A stretch of DNA of 64,000 nt, from contig OX597826.1 of NCBI GenBank assembly GCA_951406725.2, positions 79,732,001 to 79,796,000 on the forward strand, written 5' to 3'. Below, piece by piece: positions 39,209-51,867 of this stretch. The position numbers were made by a program, and so were the translations under genes. Positions within the stretch are counted from its first letter, which is position 1; each line of letters begins with the position of its first letter. Below the pieces are notes generated by a model that did no database searches, was not told where the DNA came from, and saw only the letters and a program-made list of their open reading frames with translations. Origin of the DNA: Octopus vulgaris (taxonomy: Eukaryota).

Positions 39209-39502
39209 TATACACCTATCTATATGCTTATTGAATTTAAAAGTTTAAAAACGTGGTTTCTTTCATATACAGACCCTCTGTCACCTAAAACATGGGGAAA
39301 AGAAATTTCAACAAAGTTCAACATTTTAAATGCGAGTGGTGTCGGTGGTGGTGATAGTGGTGTTTCGCGGGATCGGGGGTTAATTTTTTTGCGTATTCTT
39401 AATCTCCGACATCTAAAACGTAGGAATCTGAAAATAACTTTTTTTAAAAAAATGCACTTTTCAAGGAGAGGTGAGAAACTGCATTATCCCCGGGACACCC
39501 TT
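38578..39502. mobile_element. non-autonomous DNA transposon with long imperfect TIRs (superfamily unassigned)
   Basis: AAGGGGCACCGGGGCTAATGCAGTTTTCTTACCTCTCCTT...ACGTTTTAGATGTTGGAGATTA matches the reverse complement of about 39375-39502. Confidence 0.78.
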
Positions 39503-39754
39503 GGAGACATCGATGAAACGAAAATGGATGTAATGAATTGGGAAGGACAACGAAAGCCTGTCTTTTTTTTTCAAAGAGAATACGCGAGTTAGTTTTAACG
39601 ATGAAACAAGTCCTCGCATATGATTCGAATTGCGTTGATTAGTATTTTTATATAGAGAAGGAGATCTTGTGTGAACAACAGGTGTAATTTGAACGATCGA
39701 TGTTAGTTAATAAAAGAAGGTATGTCTACTTGTGCATTACTTTGTTCAACTCCC

Positions 39755-39811
<57 letters not shown>

Positions 39812-39924
39812 CATACATACATGCATACATACATGCATACATACATGCATACATAAGAAAATGTTACAGCAAAAGCCGACATGAGGATGAACAATTTGCT
39901 TGTCTATAATTGACATAACTGGAC

Positions 39925-40520
39925 AGAGAATGAAATTGATATTCTGGTTAACGCCTGGCTGCTTTCCCAAGTTGGGGATACACACGTATCATGTTTCAGG
40001 AACATAACTTCAAAAACTCTCCCACTGTTCAATATTCGATTAGAGAGATATACCGAAAACAAATCAAGTCTCCAAAGTTTTTTTTTATTCTTTTTTTTTT
40101 CATCTCCTTGAAAACACGTGGAAAAATTCCAGTTAACTCTCTCTTCTGCTACAACTGGAGCAACAAGCTGAATATCAACAACAACAACAACAACAACAGC
40201 AGATATTGCTCTGGTCAATGTCTGGTTGGGTTTGTCCCAAGCCAGGAATACACAATGCAATGAATAATTTACATGTCTATAGACGTTACCGAAACGAGAT
40301 TGAAATTGATTTTTCTGGTCAATGCCAGGTCGAACGATTCCCAGGATGAGGATACACACGCTTCATGTTCCAGCAACAATGTTTCCAATACCGTTGTTCG
40401 ATGTTCGATCGGCGGGGCATACGAACAAGAAATTAAGTCTCGAAAGATTTTAGTTTTGGAAACACGGATAAAAGTTCCACTTAATATTCTCTTCTGTTAT
40501 AGTACGAGAGCAACAATTGG
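39925..40520. repeat. diverged tandem duplication, period about 370 bp
   Basis: TGAAATTGAT...CTGGT.AA.GCC...GATACACACG...TCATGTT...AAGTCTC...AAACACG...TCTCTTCTG...GAGCAACAA at about 39930-40166 and 40300-40517. Confidence 0.7.
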
Positions 40521-40544
40521 CAGTTCGTTAGATTCGACGAAGAG

Positions 40545-40750
40545 GTTTCGAGTTGATCCAACAGCCTACTCGTGAAATTAACGTGCAAGTGGTTGAATAC
40601 TCCACTGTCATGCATAGCCTTAACGTAGTTCTCAAGGAAATTCAGCGTAACACAATGTGACAAGACTAGCCTTTCGAATTACAGGTACAGCTGGAAATCG
40701 AATTCACGCCTTAACAATCGTAAGCCGAATACCCCAGCTAGTGTACCCAC
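40545..40750 (-). mobile_element. SINE family C, internally deleted
   Basis: GTTGATCCAACAGCCTACTCGTGAAATTAACGTGCAAG...GGAAATCGAATTCACG. Confidence 0.75.
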
Positions 40751-40847
40751 GCGCCTGTACAGAATAACTACCAAGATCGGGGACAACTGCAGTGACCACC
40801 TCACACCAAAGTTAAGCATGCACATGAATACACACATACACACACAT

Positions 40848-41212
40848 TCTTTTCTACACTAAGCACAAGGCGCGAATTTTGGGGGAGGGGGCCAGTCGAT
40901 TATATTGACCCCAGTACGCAACCGGTACTTAATTTATCCACCCTGAAAAGATGAAAGGCAAAGTCGACCTCGGCGGAATTTGAACTCAGAACGTAAAGAC
41001 AGACGAAATACCTATTTCTTTACTACCCACAAGGGGCTAAACACAGAGAGGACAAACAAGGACAGACAAACGGATTAGGTCGATTATATCGACCCCGAAA
41101 GGATGAAAGGCAAAGTCGACCTCGGCGGAATTTGAACTCAGAACGTAAAGACCGACGAAATACCGCTAAGCATTTCGCCCAGCGGGCTAACGTCTCTGCA
41201 GCTCTCCGCTTT
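40848..41212 (-). mobile_element. SINE family A dimer
   Basis: Two cores; same junction GACGAAATACCTATTTCTTT as the other dimers. Confidence 0.92.
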
Positions 41213-41378
41213 CACATACACACATTAACTATATGTATGAGCGGCTTCAGTCACATTCGGATACCTAGTGTATTCCGAATATGTACGTTTGCGCACCCAA
41301 TACGCTCCTGATGATCTAAGTTCAGTCATAGGCACTAGACTCTTTGCAGCGGAAGATCTCTCCTAAAATATTTATACA

Positions 41379-42253
41379 TACCTGGTCTGAGCAATAAGTA
41401 TCTGGACTGTTGTCATAGTAACGAAGCTAAAGTACACAGAGTAAAGCTGCTTGGCACAGATTGATCTTGATCTCTGCTGTGCATGTACACTAATTCTTAA
41501 CGTTCTAGCTCACTTTCACTGATTACAGCATTGATTGGAAGGAAGGTATGTAGCGTGTGATTATCGCATTGACATTGATAGAATGTTGAGCAGAGAATCT
41601 GCATCAAATTTTTCCGAAACCTTGGCGATACCTGCTCAGAGGTCTATGCAAAGTTTCGAAAAGTTTTTTCATCGTTCTCGACACAATCAAGGAGAACCTG
41701 TACAACTGAAATCCGAGCGTCTTTTTGGTAAGCTGGAAGCAGTTTTGGGGCAAACTTGGCAGATACGCGTTTCATAGCTTATCTTCAATGATAATGAACT
41801 GAACTGAATTGTAACTAATCTTCACATCCTCTGATAACTCACGGCTGTGATTCGACGATTTCCCTCACAGCTGCTCGCATATCTGCGATGTTTTTCTCGG
41901 CTCAACTGGTTGCGGGTCTCCCAGAACGCTCGCCACTACCGGAAACGTCTGAACAACTCGTACAGTTGAGTGCGGCTCATACACTCCTCTCCATACACTT
42001 TCTGCAACTTTGTGTAGGCCTCTGAGCAGGTATCGCCATGACAACTTTCGTTGTCATGGTCAATGCGACGATCACACGCTACACACGTTCATTCCAAGCA
42101 TTGCTGTAAACAGCGGAAGTGAGCTAAAGCGTTAAAACTTAGTGCGCCTGCACATCAGGGTTCAAGGTCTATCTTTGTCAAGCCCCTTCACTCTGCATGC
42201 CTTAGCCTCATTACTATGGTGACAGTCCGGATACTTATTGATCAGACCTCGTA
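41379..42253. mobile_element. mariner derivative made of two inverted left ends
   Basis: TIRs TACCTGGTCTGAGCAATAAGTATCTGGAC / GTCCGGATACTTATTGATCAGACCTCGTA. The minus strand encodes GDTCSEAYTKLQKVYGEECMSRTQLYELFRRF...SGRP...MKRVSAKFAPKLL; the plus arm repeats the same N-terminal segment. Confidence 0.87.
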
Positions 42254-42589
42254 TATTTGTTTTCGCTTCGCTGTATCATGTTATGCCAAACATTTATACT
42301 TCAATTTTGTGTTGGAGCATTACATGTCTTGTGTTTGTTTCTGCTGTAGTCTCACCGTTTCTGATGTGTTGACGACTGCAATGGTTTAGTATATTTCTCT
42401 ATGATAATGCAAAGATTGATTTCCGTCGTGCACATTCTCAATCATACACATAATATTTAAACGATTATGTATGTAATCGATTCCTTAAAACGTGTTTCGA
42501 CTGAAGTTACGTAAGAGCAACCAACTTGCGAATGTTAAAGTTTGGTTACTATTTTTTGTTTATATTCGTTTGAACAGTAATAGATTGAA

Positions 42590-43480
42590 AGAGAAAACCG
42601 AAAGTAGAAGGGAAAGAAAATAAGGTAGGGCGAGATAAATGCTAAAAAGAGAGAGTTGCGGTAGAGTTAGGAAAGAGGATGGAAAAGAGAGAAAGAAGGG
42701 GAGAGTAAAAGGGAGAAAGAAAGAGAAAAGGAGAGAGATAGCGAGAGAGACAAGAATTAGACGAAAGAAATTACGATACAAAATCGGAAGTGGTGGTGAG
42801 AGTATGAACGAGTAAGAAAAACTGGAAATGTTGGGAAGGTGGAGGAAAAAAGGGAATGTTATGGGCGAGGAATCAGCGGAGGGTGAAAGCGTAGAAGGAG
42901 GAGAGCGAGTGAGAGAGGGGGAGGGAGAGAAGTGGGGCGAGAGTGAGGATGAGGGAGGAGAAATAGTTAGAGAAGAGCAGATGAGAGAAAGAAGCGGTTA
43001 GATGAGAGAAGTGAGATCGGGAGGCAGCGAGAATAAAGAGATGAAGGACAGGAGGGAAGGATGGGGGTGAGCGACAAATGTATTGAGAATGGCGGAAAGA
43101 TATTGTGTAAAAAGTGTTTTTTAAAAGTGCGACATTTATAAATAATTCATTCATTAAGACAATTAAAATCATTTGAAATGTTCAAACGGTGGAAAATTAA
43201 AAGCAAAATCATTGGGTTATTCAGTTTAAAATAAAGATATCCCCAACCAACGCAGATAAACCATTTTAACGGTGGTGCCACAGCATGGCCTCAGCTCTCG
43301 TGCTGTGACAAGAGGAAAAAGAAAAGAAAAAATATCTTAAAATTTGTGAGTGGTTGTGGGAAGACGAAAAGAGAAGAGGGAAGAAAATGGCGGGAAAGAA
43401 ATGAAAGAAGGAGAACGCAATGAGGATTGAAGATAGAATAGGAGTGGAATGTAGGGGTGGGAGCACAGTGGAATGTAGGG
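42590..43480. repeat. purine-rich (GA) low-complexity tract
   Basis: Strong G+A bias on the + strand without a clean period; interrupted by mixed sequence at about 43080-43310. Confidence 0.75.
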
Positions 43481-43599
43481 TCAGGAGTTGACCACAGACT
43501 GTAACGAATGGTGGAAATGGAAAACTATTAAATGGAATGTTATTATAGAATTAAAATGCGAACTTTGGATATAAGGCATAAAGTGGTGCGTAATAATAA

Positions 43600-43813
43600 T
43601 TTCAAATTTTGACACAAAGCCAGTAATTTAGGGTGAGTTGAAAAGTCTGTTACATCACACACCCCCATGCTCGAGTGGTAATTATTTTATCGACCCTGAA
43701 AAGATGAGAAGCAAAGTCGACCTTAGCGGCATTTGAACTCTGAACGTAAAGATTGATGAAATGCCGCTATGCATCTTGCCCAGCGTGCTAACGATTCTGC
43801 CAGATTGCCGGTT
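43600..43813 (-). mobile_element. SINE family A, older copy
   Basis: TTTATCGACCCTGAAAAGATG...CTAACGATTCTGCCAG. Confidence 0.82.
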
Positions 43814-44204
43814 TAGTAGTGCGTAATAATAAAATATGGTTCATTAATATGAAGGATAAAGATAGTTTATGCAATTTCAAGATGTAAAGAACATTCCAAA
43901 ACACATTTAATGTTTAAAATTTTGTTAATGTGTTTACAACTGTATTACAGACGGAGAGAAAATTATTTTTATTTTCGGCTTTGTAGAGAGATGAGCGATT
44001 ATTAAATTTAGAAAATGAGAAAACAAGGAGTTCTGCAACAGATAAAATTAAGACCGCAAGCAAAATGAACTGCGAAGCAATGAAAACCTTAATAGAATAT
44101 TGGGTGAATAAACCAGATGAGGGAAGAGATAATGAGAAGTGTGGAGTTGCAAAGGTCCATGACCCCAAAATATAAGGAATATGGCACAAGGCCAGCATAA
44201 TTAT

Positions 44205-44394
44205 GGCACAAATCCAGCGAGTGCAGAAGAGGAGTTAAGTTAATTATATCCACCCCAATTCTCACGGGTACTTATTTTATTGATTCGGAAAGGATAAAAG
44301 GTAAAGTCGATCTCGGCATTTGAACGTAAAACCGGACAAAATGCCGCTAAGCATTTTGCGCGGCGTGCTAACGATTCTGCCAGCTCACCTCCTT
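44205..44394 (-). mobile_element. SINE family A, older copy
   Basis: GGAAAGGATAAAAGGTAAAGTCGATCTCGGC...CTGCCAGCTCACCTCCTT. Confidence 0.82.
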
Positions 44395-45099
44395 ACAAAA
44401 AAATATACAACATATTAGTAACACAAAGGAATAGCTTAATTAGAGAAGGAAGCAATGAAACAGAAAGATGGCTATAGCACTGAAGAATTAAGATAGCAGC
44501 ATGAACAAATAGGAACATGAGACAGAACAAATAGGAACATATGAAATGGAGAAATTCATTGAAATATTGGAGGAATAACCAAAAAGTCGTTAAGCTATCA
44601 GAACGGGCAAATAAAGCTTAAAATGATGCAAGAAAAGAGAAAGAGAGAGAGAGATGGGACGAGGGAGAGAGAGGGCGAGGATGAGAAGGATAAGGATAGA
44701 AAAGTAAAAGAGAGGAAAGAAGTATTATAGCTGCTGGGTCCAGGGTGAAAAGGGTAAGTGTGTCTAATAGCTACTTGAGTAAATATTAGGGAGCGAGTGA
44801 ATTTAGGAATAATAGATAATTAATTATCCCTGTGAATATATATGTATATGTAATGAGGTGAAGTTGAGAGAAGATGAGATCATATTAGGGGTAGAATACA
44901 TGTCTGACATATCTATGTCTCGCGTTGATCCTAAAATACATCTTAATATGTATTTCACTCAGATTCTAACAGTATTTTAGTGAACGGATAAAGACTTGCA
45001 GAGTACTTGCTTTCTAACATGCGTGGGTTTGCTCTCACGTACGATGTGATGACATTTCTTGGTCAAGTCGTAATGGAACGATGGTTTACTCACACACGC

Positions 45100-45620
45100 A
45101 CGATCAAGGTGGTTGGAGAATGTTGGCCCGTTCGCCCAGGCAGCGGAGTGGCATACTTAGAAAGCTAAAACGATGCAAAAACGCATTATCACCAGCGATG
45201 TATAACAATATCCGGTTGCCTGGAGAATCAACCACATGATCCCAGGATATATATACCATCACCATTAACAAACATATTATCAGGTTACACGCACCAACCA
45301 CAAAAGCTTAATGCCTTCATAACGATCCTCATTTAGAAGACTTCAATGCAGTCAAGCTTCTTGGATTTCGAATCGCAAATGACAAAAGAGATAGAATATC
45401 GCAACTAAACACCCTTCATAAGCTTTATAATCCACTTTAATACCTGCGTATGCTTTACTAATAAAACGAAGAAATGCATTTGTGCAGGTATAACCTTCAG
45501 CTTCACACCCACCCACCGATCGATTATCACGAACACCTGGCAATCTATTTCCCAGCGTTCCTTGGAGCAACAAGAAATTCTCATCACAAACACAGCTGCA
45601 CATCAATGTAGAAAAACAAA
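45100..45620 (+). pseudogene. LINE APE endonuclease relic (RTE/CR1-like)
   Basis: HAPT (cf. YAPT), EDFNA (cf. GDFNA) and ILITNT motifs in order, with frameshifts. Confidence 0.5.
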
Positions 45621-46084
45621 CGTTTCGAAAATTTTAAAAACGCATAATGGAATTAAGTTTCATCAAAACCAGAAAAATGTTTTCAGAAATAAGAAAAATA
45701 AACCCAGCACAAATGCCAGCTTAGACACTGCAGAATATACATTCATTGATAAGTATAAACATACCTAAAAAAAAAAACTCAGAAAATAATAAGCTTTCTA
45801 CAAAGCAACACAGAAATACAACCTTAATTACTCATCAAAAATAATTATTTTCATTAAAGTCAGAGAAAACTCTAATGTATTATAACAAAACTACGAAATT
45901 TAACCCCAAACAACAAAACAAGGGAGTTAAAAAGAAAAATCCCTGATTAAATAGCTCAACATAAACTACAAAATTAATTATAAAATACTATAAGGGATAA
46001 TTAGCTGTAGCAATTAGGAGCACATTGGCAATATCACAACCTGTGTCCCAATAACAATACGTCAAAGACTATGCCTGTAAGGTT

Positions 46085-46382
46085 AACTGGTACTCCGTCG
46101 GTTGCGACGATCGATGTTCTAGTGGATCCGATTAACTCGTCATATTAACGTGCAAGGGGCTGAGTACTCCATAGATACGTGTACCCTTAACGTAGTTCGC
46201 AGGGAAATTTAGCTGGGGGCCCTTTGAATTGCAAGTATTGCTCATTCTTACCAGCTGAGTGGACTGAAACAAGGTGGAATAAAGCGTCTTGCTCAAGGAC
46301 ACAATTCATTGCCGAGAATCGAACTTACGACTTTATGATCGTAAGCTGAATAACCTAAACTCTAAGTCACGCACCTTCACGC
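46085..46382 (-). mobile_element. SINE family C
   Basis: Reverse complement of the 19219-19541 type. Confidence 0.85.
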
Positions 46383-46579
46383 GCCTGAAGAATTTTCCGA
46401 AAATGAGGCACCGAAACCAATGAAAATGAAAAATACCTCTCTTCCCCGTCGACCGCGCATTCAAAATGTTTCTCTGCCTGACACACAAAATGGAAGGGAA
46501 CGCAAACCAAAAGTAAACAAGGAAACATTTGGGGCCTGAAGGAATCACATCACTCAGCAAAAAAGAAAAAAATATATTT

Positions 46580-46727
46580 AGTGTGGTACGTAGCTTGCTT
46601 ACCAACCACATGGTTCCGGGTTCAGTCTCACTGTGTGTCACCTTAAGCATGTGTCTTGCACAATAGCTTCGGGCCGACCAAAGCCTTGTGAGTGGGTTTG
46701 GTAGACGGAAACTGAAAGAAGCTCATC

Positions 46728-46788
<61 letters not shown>

Positions 46789-47015
46789 AGTATGTGAGTG
46801 AGTGACTGTATTATGTCTGTATTTGTCCCCCACTACTGCTTCACAATGGTGTCGGCGTGTTTACGTCCCCGTAACTTAGCGATTTGGCGAAAGTGACTGA
46901 TAGAATAAATACTAAGCTTAGAAGAATAAGTGCTGGGATTGATCCGTTCGATTAAAAAATTCTTCAATGTGGTGCTACAGCATGGCCGCAACCTAATGAC
47001 TGAATCGAATAAAAG
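46580..47015 (+). mobile_element. SINE family B
   Basis: GTGTGGTACGTAGCTTGCTTACCAACC...(TA)n(TG)n...CATGGCCGCA...AAAAGA. Confidence 0.9.
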
Positions 47016-47044
47016 ATTAACATACAACATACAAGGTGACACCG

Positions 47045-47310
47045 CTAGCAGTTATATACAACTCCGCCACAGACATTCACAACAAATATAGAAAACAGTA
47101 AACACAACTGACCGAAGCAAAACGTACAGAGAAAGATTACAGGTGCCACATTTAGCCACCAGAAAGAATCAACGACAATTGTGTGTATAAATAATTCATT
47201 AGGTCCGTCATATATTATGCCAGACCTACTGGAGCATCCATTCTCTCCTCTTACAATGCATTGATTTACTAATACAAAAAAAAAACACGACACAATAAGC
47301 TTCGTAACAG
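47045..47310 (+). pseudogene. possible Penelope GIY-YIG relic
   Basis: AVIYNSA, LTE and terminal KTRHNK (cf. VVY.A...GLTE...CRH.NK); highly decayed. Confidence 0.35.
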
Positions 47311-47740
47311 GATGTTAACAGACAGTCTACACAGCATAGCAAAAGTATTAAATATGTAAAATCTGTGTAACGTGAGAGATGGAATTTTTATTATCGTTGC
47401 AAACTCCAATCCTCTCAGGTCCTTGCCATTACCTGAAAAGCCACCTCTAAAACACGAAGACAGATATACAACGCTCTAGAGCACTGGAAAATGATATCCC
47501 TCAAAAATAGTTTACCTGATCGTGCCTTATACACACATACACATGTATATGTGTGCGTGTTACCGTGTAAATAATGGGTTGAAAAAACCATTTTGGATGG
47601 AGAATTTTGAAAGCTACACGTAGGACTCTAGCCCACCTCTCCTAGAGACACAGCAAGGGTTCTACTAGATGACAAAACAATCTTGCGAAATTTTCTATCC
47701 ATTTCAAGAACTGTATTCTTACCATCGAGACTGGTCTATT

Positions 47741-47812
47741 ATACATACATACATACATACATACATACATACATACATACATACATACATACATACATAC
47801 GTACATACATAC
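47741..47812. repeat. (TACA)n
   Basis: Direct reading. Confidence 0.95.
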
Positions 47813-48388
47813 AGGAAACATCAACCAAGTACCTGATGCAAAAAATGGAGAGAAATGCAGGAAAAACAGCAACATGTGACAGCCTTTGTTAACACCGAAG
47901 ATATCACTCACATTATACGCAGTTGTCAGAAAATGTCATGACATTATCTACTGATGAGACATCTTGTAGCTAGGACACTCAGTAATGAAATCCGTCGGAA
48001 AGATAACCCCGAGGACAAAGAAATGAGAAGCCACAGTCTGGTAGAAGACATAGCCACTCATAATAAAAAGGAGTATTGGCGGGGTTTACCAATGAAGACC
48101 TCAATAAAATGTAAGCACAACGGATCCTGTAGGTTGCATTACGTAGGTCCAACCAAATAGCTGCATGCATCATATTTCTCAAATTATCCTGGGGTTACAC
48201 AATAACAACTAGCACCAGTTAGGCAGACTATGTATTAGTTAGGGGCAAACTGCGGCTCGCGGAACTTTGTGAATGAGCACACGTAACGAAAACTTTCTTT
48301 GAGGAGGTTTTATAGTGGTGCGGCAGGCCTTATGATGAGCCACGGCTCATGCAGCCTGCTTCTCGAAAAATGTCACCCATGCCGGATA

Positions 48389-49176
48389 TACGAGGTCTGA
48401 TCGAAATGTCTCATGACTGCTGCTATGGTAACGGAGCTAATACCGGCAGAATGAAGCCGCTAGGCGGAGACTGACCTTGAGCTCAGTCGCGCATGCACAC
48501 TGAGTCATAACGTTCTCGCTCACTTCTCTATTAAAGCAGTTTCTCATTTCTTTATTGCCCACAAGGGGCTACGCACAGAGATGACAAACAAGGACAGACA
48601 AACGGATTAAGTCGATTACATCGACCCCATTGCGTAACTGGTACTTAATTTATCGACCCCGAAAGGATGAAAGGCAAAGTTGATCTCGGCGGAATTTGAA
48701 CTCATAACGTAGCGGCAGACGAAATACCGTTAAGCATTTCTCCCTTAAAGCAGTTTCTGGAAGTAAAGTGTATAGAGTGTGGTCGTTTCAACAAGAAGCT
48801 CGGGTTTCAGCTGCACAAGATCTTGATTGTGTCGAGGAAGACGAAAACAATGTGGAAACGCTTATAACAAGTGACGAATCGAGGATCTATTGCTATGGTC
48901 CTTTCTTCTTTGCAAAAATCAAATCCCACGTGAAAGGAACCAGATCTCAAGACGCTTAAGAAATCAAAGGGGTTGCGACAAAAGCAGCTGGTCGCGATCC
49001 CCACCAAAAAGGAGTTCACATGAATGCCTCCATCCACGGAGACAACACTGGATAAAGTGTGAGTCCACTTCATTTTAGAAGGGAAAATTTCAAAGGAGAT
49101 TAAATACCGGATTGATAAGTGTTGTATTCTTTGTATGGCACCAATCCTGATACTTTTCTTTTAATCAGAGCACATA
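48389..49176 (+). mobile_element. internally deleted mariner, same family as 41379
   Basis: TACGAGGTCTGATC left TIR; ARVSAAQDLDCVEEDEN...LITSDESRIYCYGP fused to FFFAKIKSHVKGTR; decayed right TIR ...ATCAGAGCACATA. Confidence 0.82.
48545..48744 (-). mobile_element. SINE family A, 5'-truncated, 14-bp TSD
   Basis: Flanked by TTAAAGCAGTTTCT at 48531-48544 and 48745-48758. Confidence 0.93.
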
Positions 49177-49972
49177 TACGGCCAATTGAAGTGCGAGAAA
49201 TAGCTGGCAAATCTCCCTCCAATTACATACCACAGCCTTCAAAAATAGAGCACTTTACACTAAAAGAAGGGAGGATCGGGGCTGGAATCCCTAAAATCGT
49301 AGCTCTGTTCAATCAAGACTGGGAGATGGACTAAATAATCATAATTAAATATACTCCTTTCCCTTTCCTAGATTTTTCTTCTCCCACCACCACCACCACC
49401 ACCACCACCATCAACAACAACAACAACAACCATCTACATAAACGCACTCACCGCCACCAACAACACCTACACAACCGCACTCACTACCAAAAACTCCCTC
49501 ACATCCTACTACAACAACTACGATCATCAATAATTACCATTCACATTTTTTATGCTTAGTGTTTAGTCACTCTCTCTCTCTCTCAGTCTCTCTCAGTCTC
49601 TCTCTCTCTCTCTCTTTCTCTCTTCTCCTCTCTAGCCATGACCTACATTAAGTAAATGCCGATAGTCCCGTCCATCAATGAAAGCTAAATGTGAAATATC
49701 AAATATTCATAGAAAATAGAAAACATGAACGGTTGTTCTAAACAGATCGAACGTAAATTAACTTTGAAAAGCTGTATTAGGATATCGATTATCTCACTCT
49801 CTCTCTCTCTCTCTGTCTCTATCTCTATCTCACACACACACGCAAATGCGAGAGGGGGGGAAACGAATATATATATTCGTCATACGTTACATATAGAGCA
49901 AATTCTATTTTTCTTTGTACACACACATAAACGTATACATACATATACATATATATATATATATATGTATTC

Positions 49973-50050
<78 letters not shown>

Positions 50051-50255
50051 ATGGGTATGCATAAATATGTATGTCTGTGTGCATGTATATATGGCCATTA
50101 TCTCACAGTCTATCTGCCAGTCTATCAATTCATTAATCTACTTGATCAGCCAGATTATTTCCCAACCGTCCACCAGTCTCCTGCTCTAATACAATTCATT
50201 AAGAACTTCGCGTTTTTTTTTGCATATCATTCACTTGATCACATTTTGCCTCAAG

Positions 50256-50323
<68 letters not shown>

Positions 50324-50554
50324 TTGTTGGCCTTAATAATAGTTACTTGTCTATTTATTTACACAGAGTTAATTGTGCGTGCATAGAAATACATACGCAT
50401 CTCATTGTATCTCCGCGTGTCTGTATCTCTCTACCACGGACGCATACATACATGCATATATACTGTCTTTGTATGTATATGTGTATGTATATGTTTATGC
50501 ATGTATGTGTAAGTGTATGTATGCATGTATATACATATACATACACACACACAA

Positions 50555-50585
<31 letters not shown>

Positions 50586-50586
50586 A

Positions 50587-50618
<32 letters not shown>

Positions 50619-50707
50619 TTGTTAAAGAGGACAATTAACGTTAAGGCAAGGCAAACGTTTCAAGTCATATACACTATTATTATTATTATTGGAAAAGAAA
50701 ATTCAAA

Positions 50708-50763
50708 GTCTTACAGCTGTTTCTGGGATATCCCAGAATATGGAATATTCCGTCATCGGAGAC
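50708..50763 (-). ncRNA. type I hammerhead motif (U4C variant)
   Basis: GUCU CCGAUGA C GGAAUAU...AUAUCCC A GAAACAGCUGUA AGAC: stem I GUCU/AGAC, palindromic stem III ACAGCUGU. Confidence 0.7.
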
Positions 50764-51045
50764 AAATAGGGAAAATAAGAAGGGTATAGATTAATGAAAT
50801 GCCGGCATAGAGGATAGGAGCAAAGGAATAAGGAGATGAAGAAAGAGAAGAATAAGGAAGCATAAAAGTTCACAGTTCAACTCTCTGATCTTGTAGAATT
50901 AAGTCCATAAGTCCTTAGGTGCAATCCTGCGTAAATCCATGTGGTTTAAAGTCCTGATATTGTAAACACCTAGAAAACAGACATGAACGTATCAACGGTC
51001 AATAACAGAATGGCTCCATAACAACCGTCCCGACTAAAACCTTGG
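50764..51045 (-). pseudogene. Penelope-like element 3' end relic
   Basis: Minus frame WIYAGLHLRTYGLN (cf. the WI..L.T..P.GLN end of PLE GIY-YIG), then a pyrimidine-rich UTR, then the hammerhead. Confidence 0.5.
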
Positions 51046-51132
51046 AGCCCTAGTAATCCGTTACAGCACTTACCTCGCAAACCCAATCGTTTATATCACC
51101 TGTGAACCAAACCCCCATGTATGTATATATAT

Positions 51133-51518
51133 ACTCTTTTACTCTTTTACTTGTTTTAGTCATTTGACTGCGGCCATGCTGGAGCACCGCCTTTAATCGA
51201 GCAACTCGACCCCGGGACTTATTCTTTTTTGTAAGCCCAGTACTTATTCTATCGGTCTCTTTTGCCGAACCGCTAAGTAACGGGGACATAAACACACCAG
51301 CATCGGTTGTCAAGCGATGTTCGGGGGACAAACACAGACACACAAACACACACGTACATATATATATATACATATATACGACGGGCTTCTTTTCAGTTTC
51401 CGTCTACCAAATCCACTCACAAGGCTTTGGTCGGCCCGGGGCTATAGCAGAAGACACTTGCCCAAGATGCCACGCAGTGGGACTGAACCCGGAACACAGC
51501 CACACAGCCACTCCTGCG

Positions 51519-51520
<2 letters not shown>
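51133..51520 (-). mobile_element. SINE family B (small deletion in head)
   Basis: Reverse complement of the 4610-5010 type. Confidence 0.92.
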
Positions 51521-51552
<32 letters not shown>

Positions 51553-51554
51553 AC

Positions 51555-51867
51555 AGTTACGGAATCGAGTAAATATGATCCGCGCTACATGTGTTTCATA
51601 GCGAGTGGAACCTGGGAAGTGGTAAATATCCAAGCGAGGTGTGTAGCGCAGGTTGCGCGTCAGGCCAAGGGTTACTTGGTTCTGATCGAAACTCCAATGT
51701 GTTAACATGTACTTCCTTGCGACAATGTAAACTTTCACTTAATCAAGATACCCTTGACCTGACGTGTAGCCTGTGGTATACACCTCGCTTTCATATTTAC
51801 CTCTTCCTAGGTTTCGCTCGCTATGAATCATGTGTAGCCTGGATCTTATCTGCTCCGTTCCTTAACT
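51555..51867. mobile_element. palindromic MITE-like element
   Basis: About 125-bp imperfect arms: AGTTACGGAATCGAG...CAAGGGTTACTTGGTT versus AATCAAGATACCCTTG...CCGTTCCTTAACT. Confidence 0.82.

Noticed and set aside
39224-39592. 122-aa ORF
   Set aside because: Runs through the right TIR of a non-autonomous element; chance ORF.
47945-48000. CTGATGAG...GAAATCCGTC hammerhead candidate
   Set aside because: Neither stem I nor stem II can be paired convincingly.
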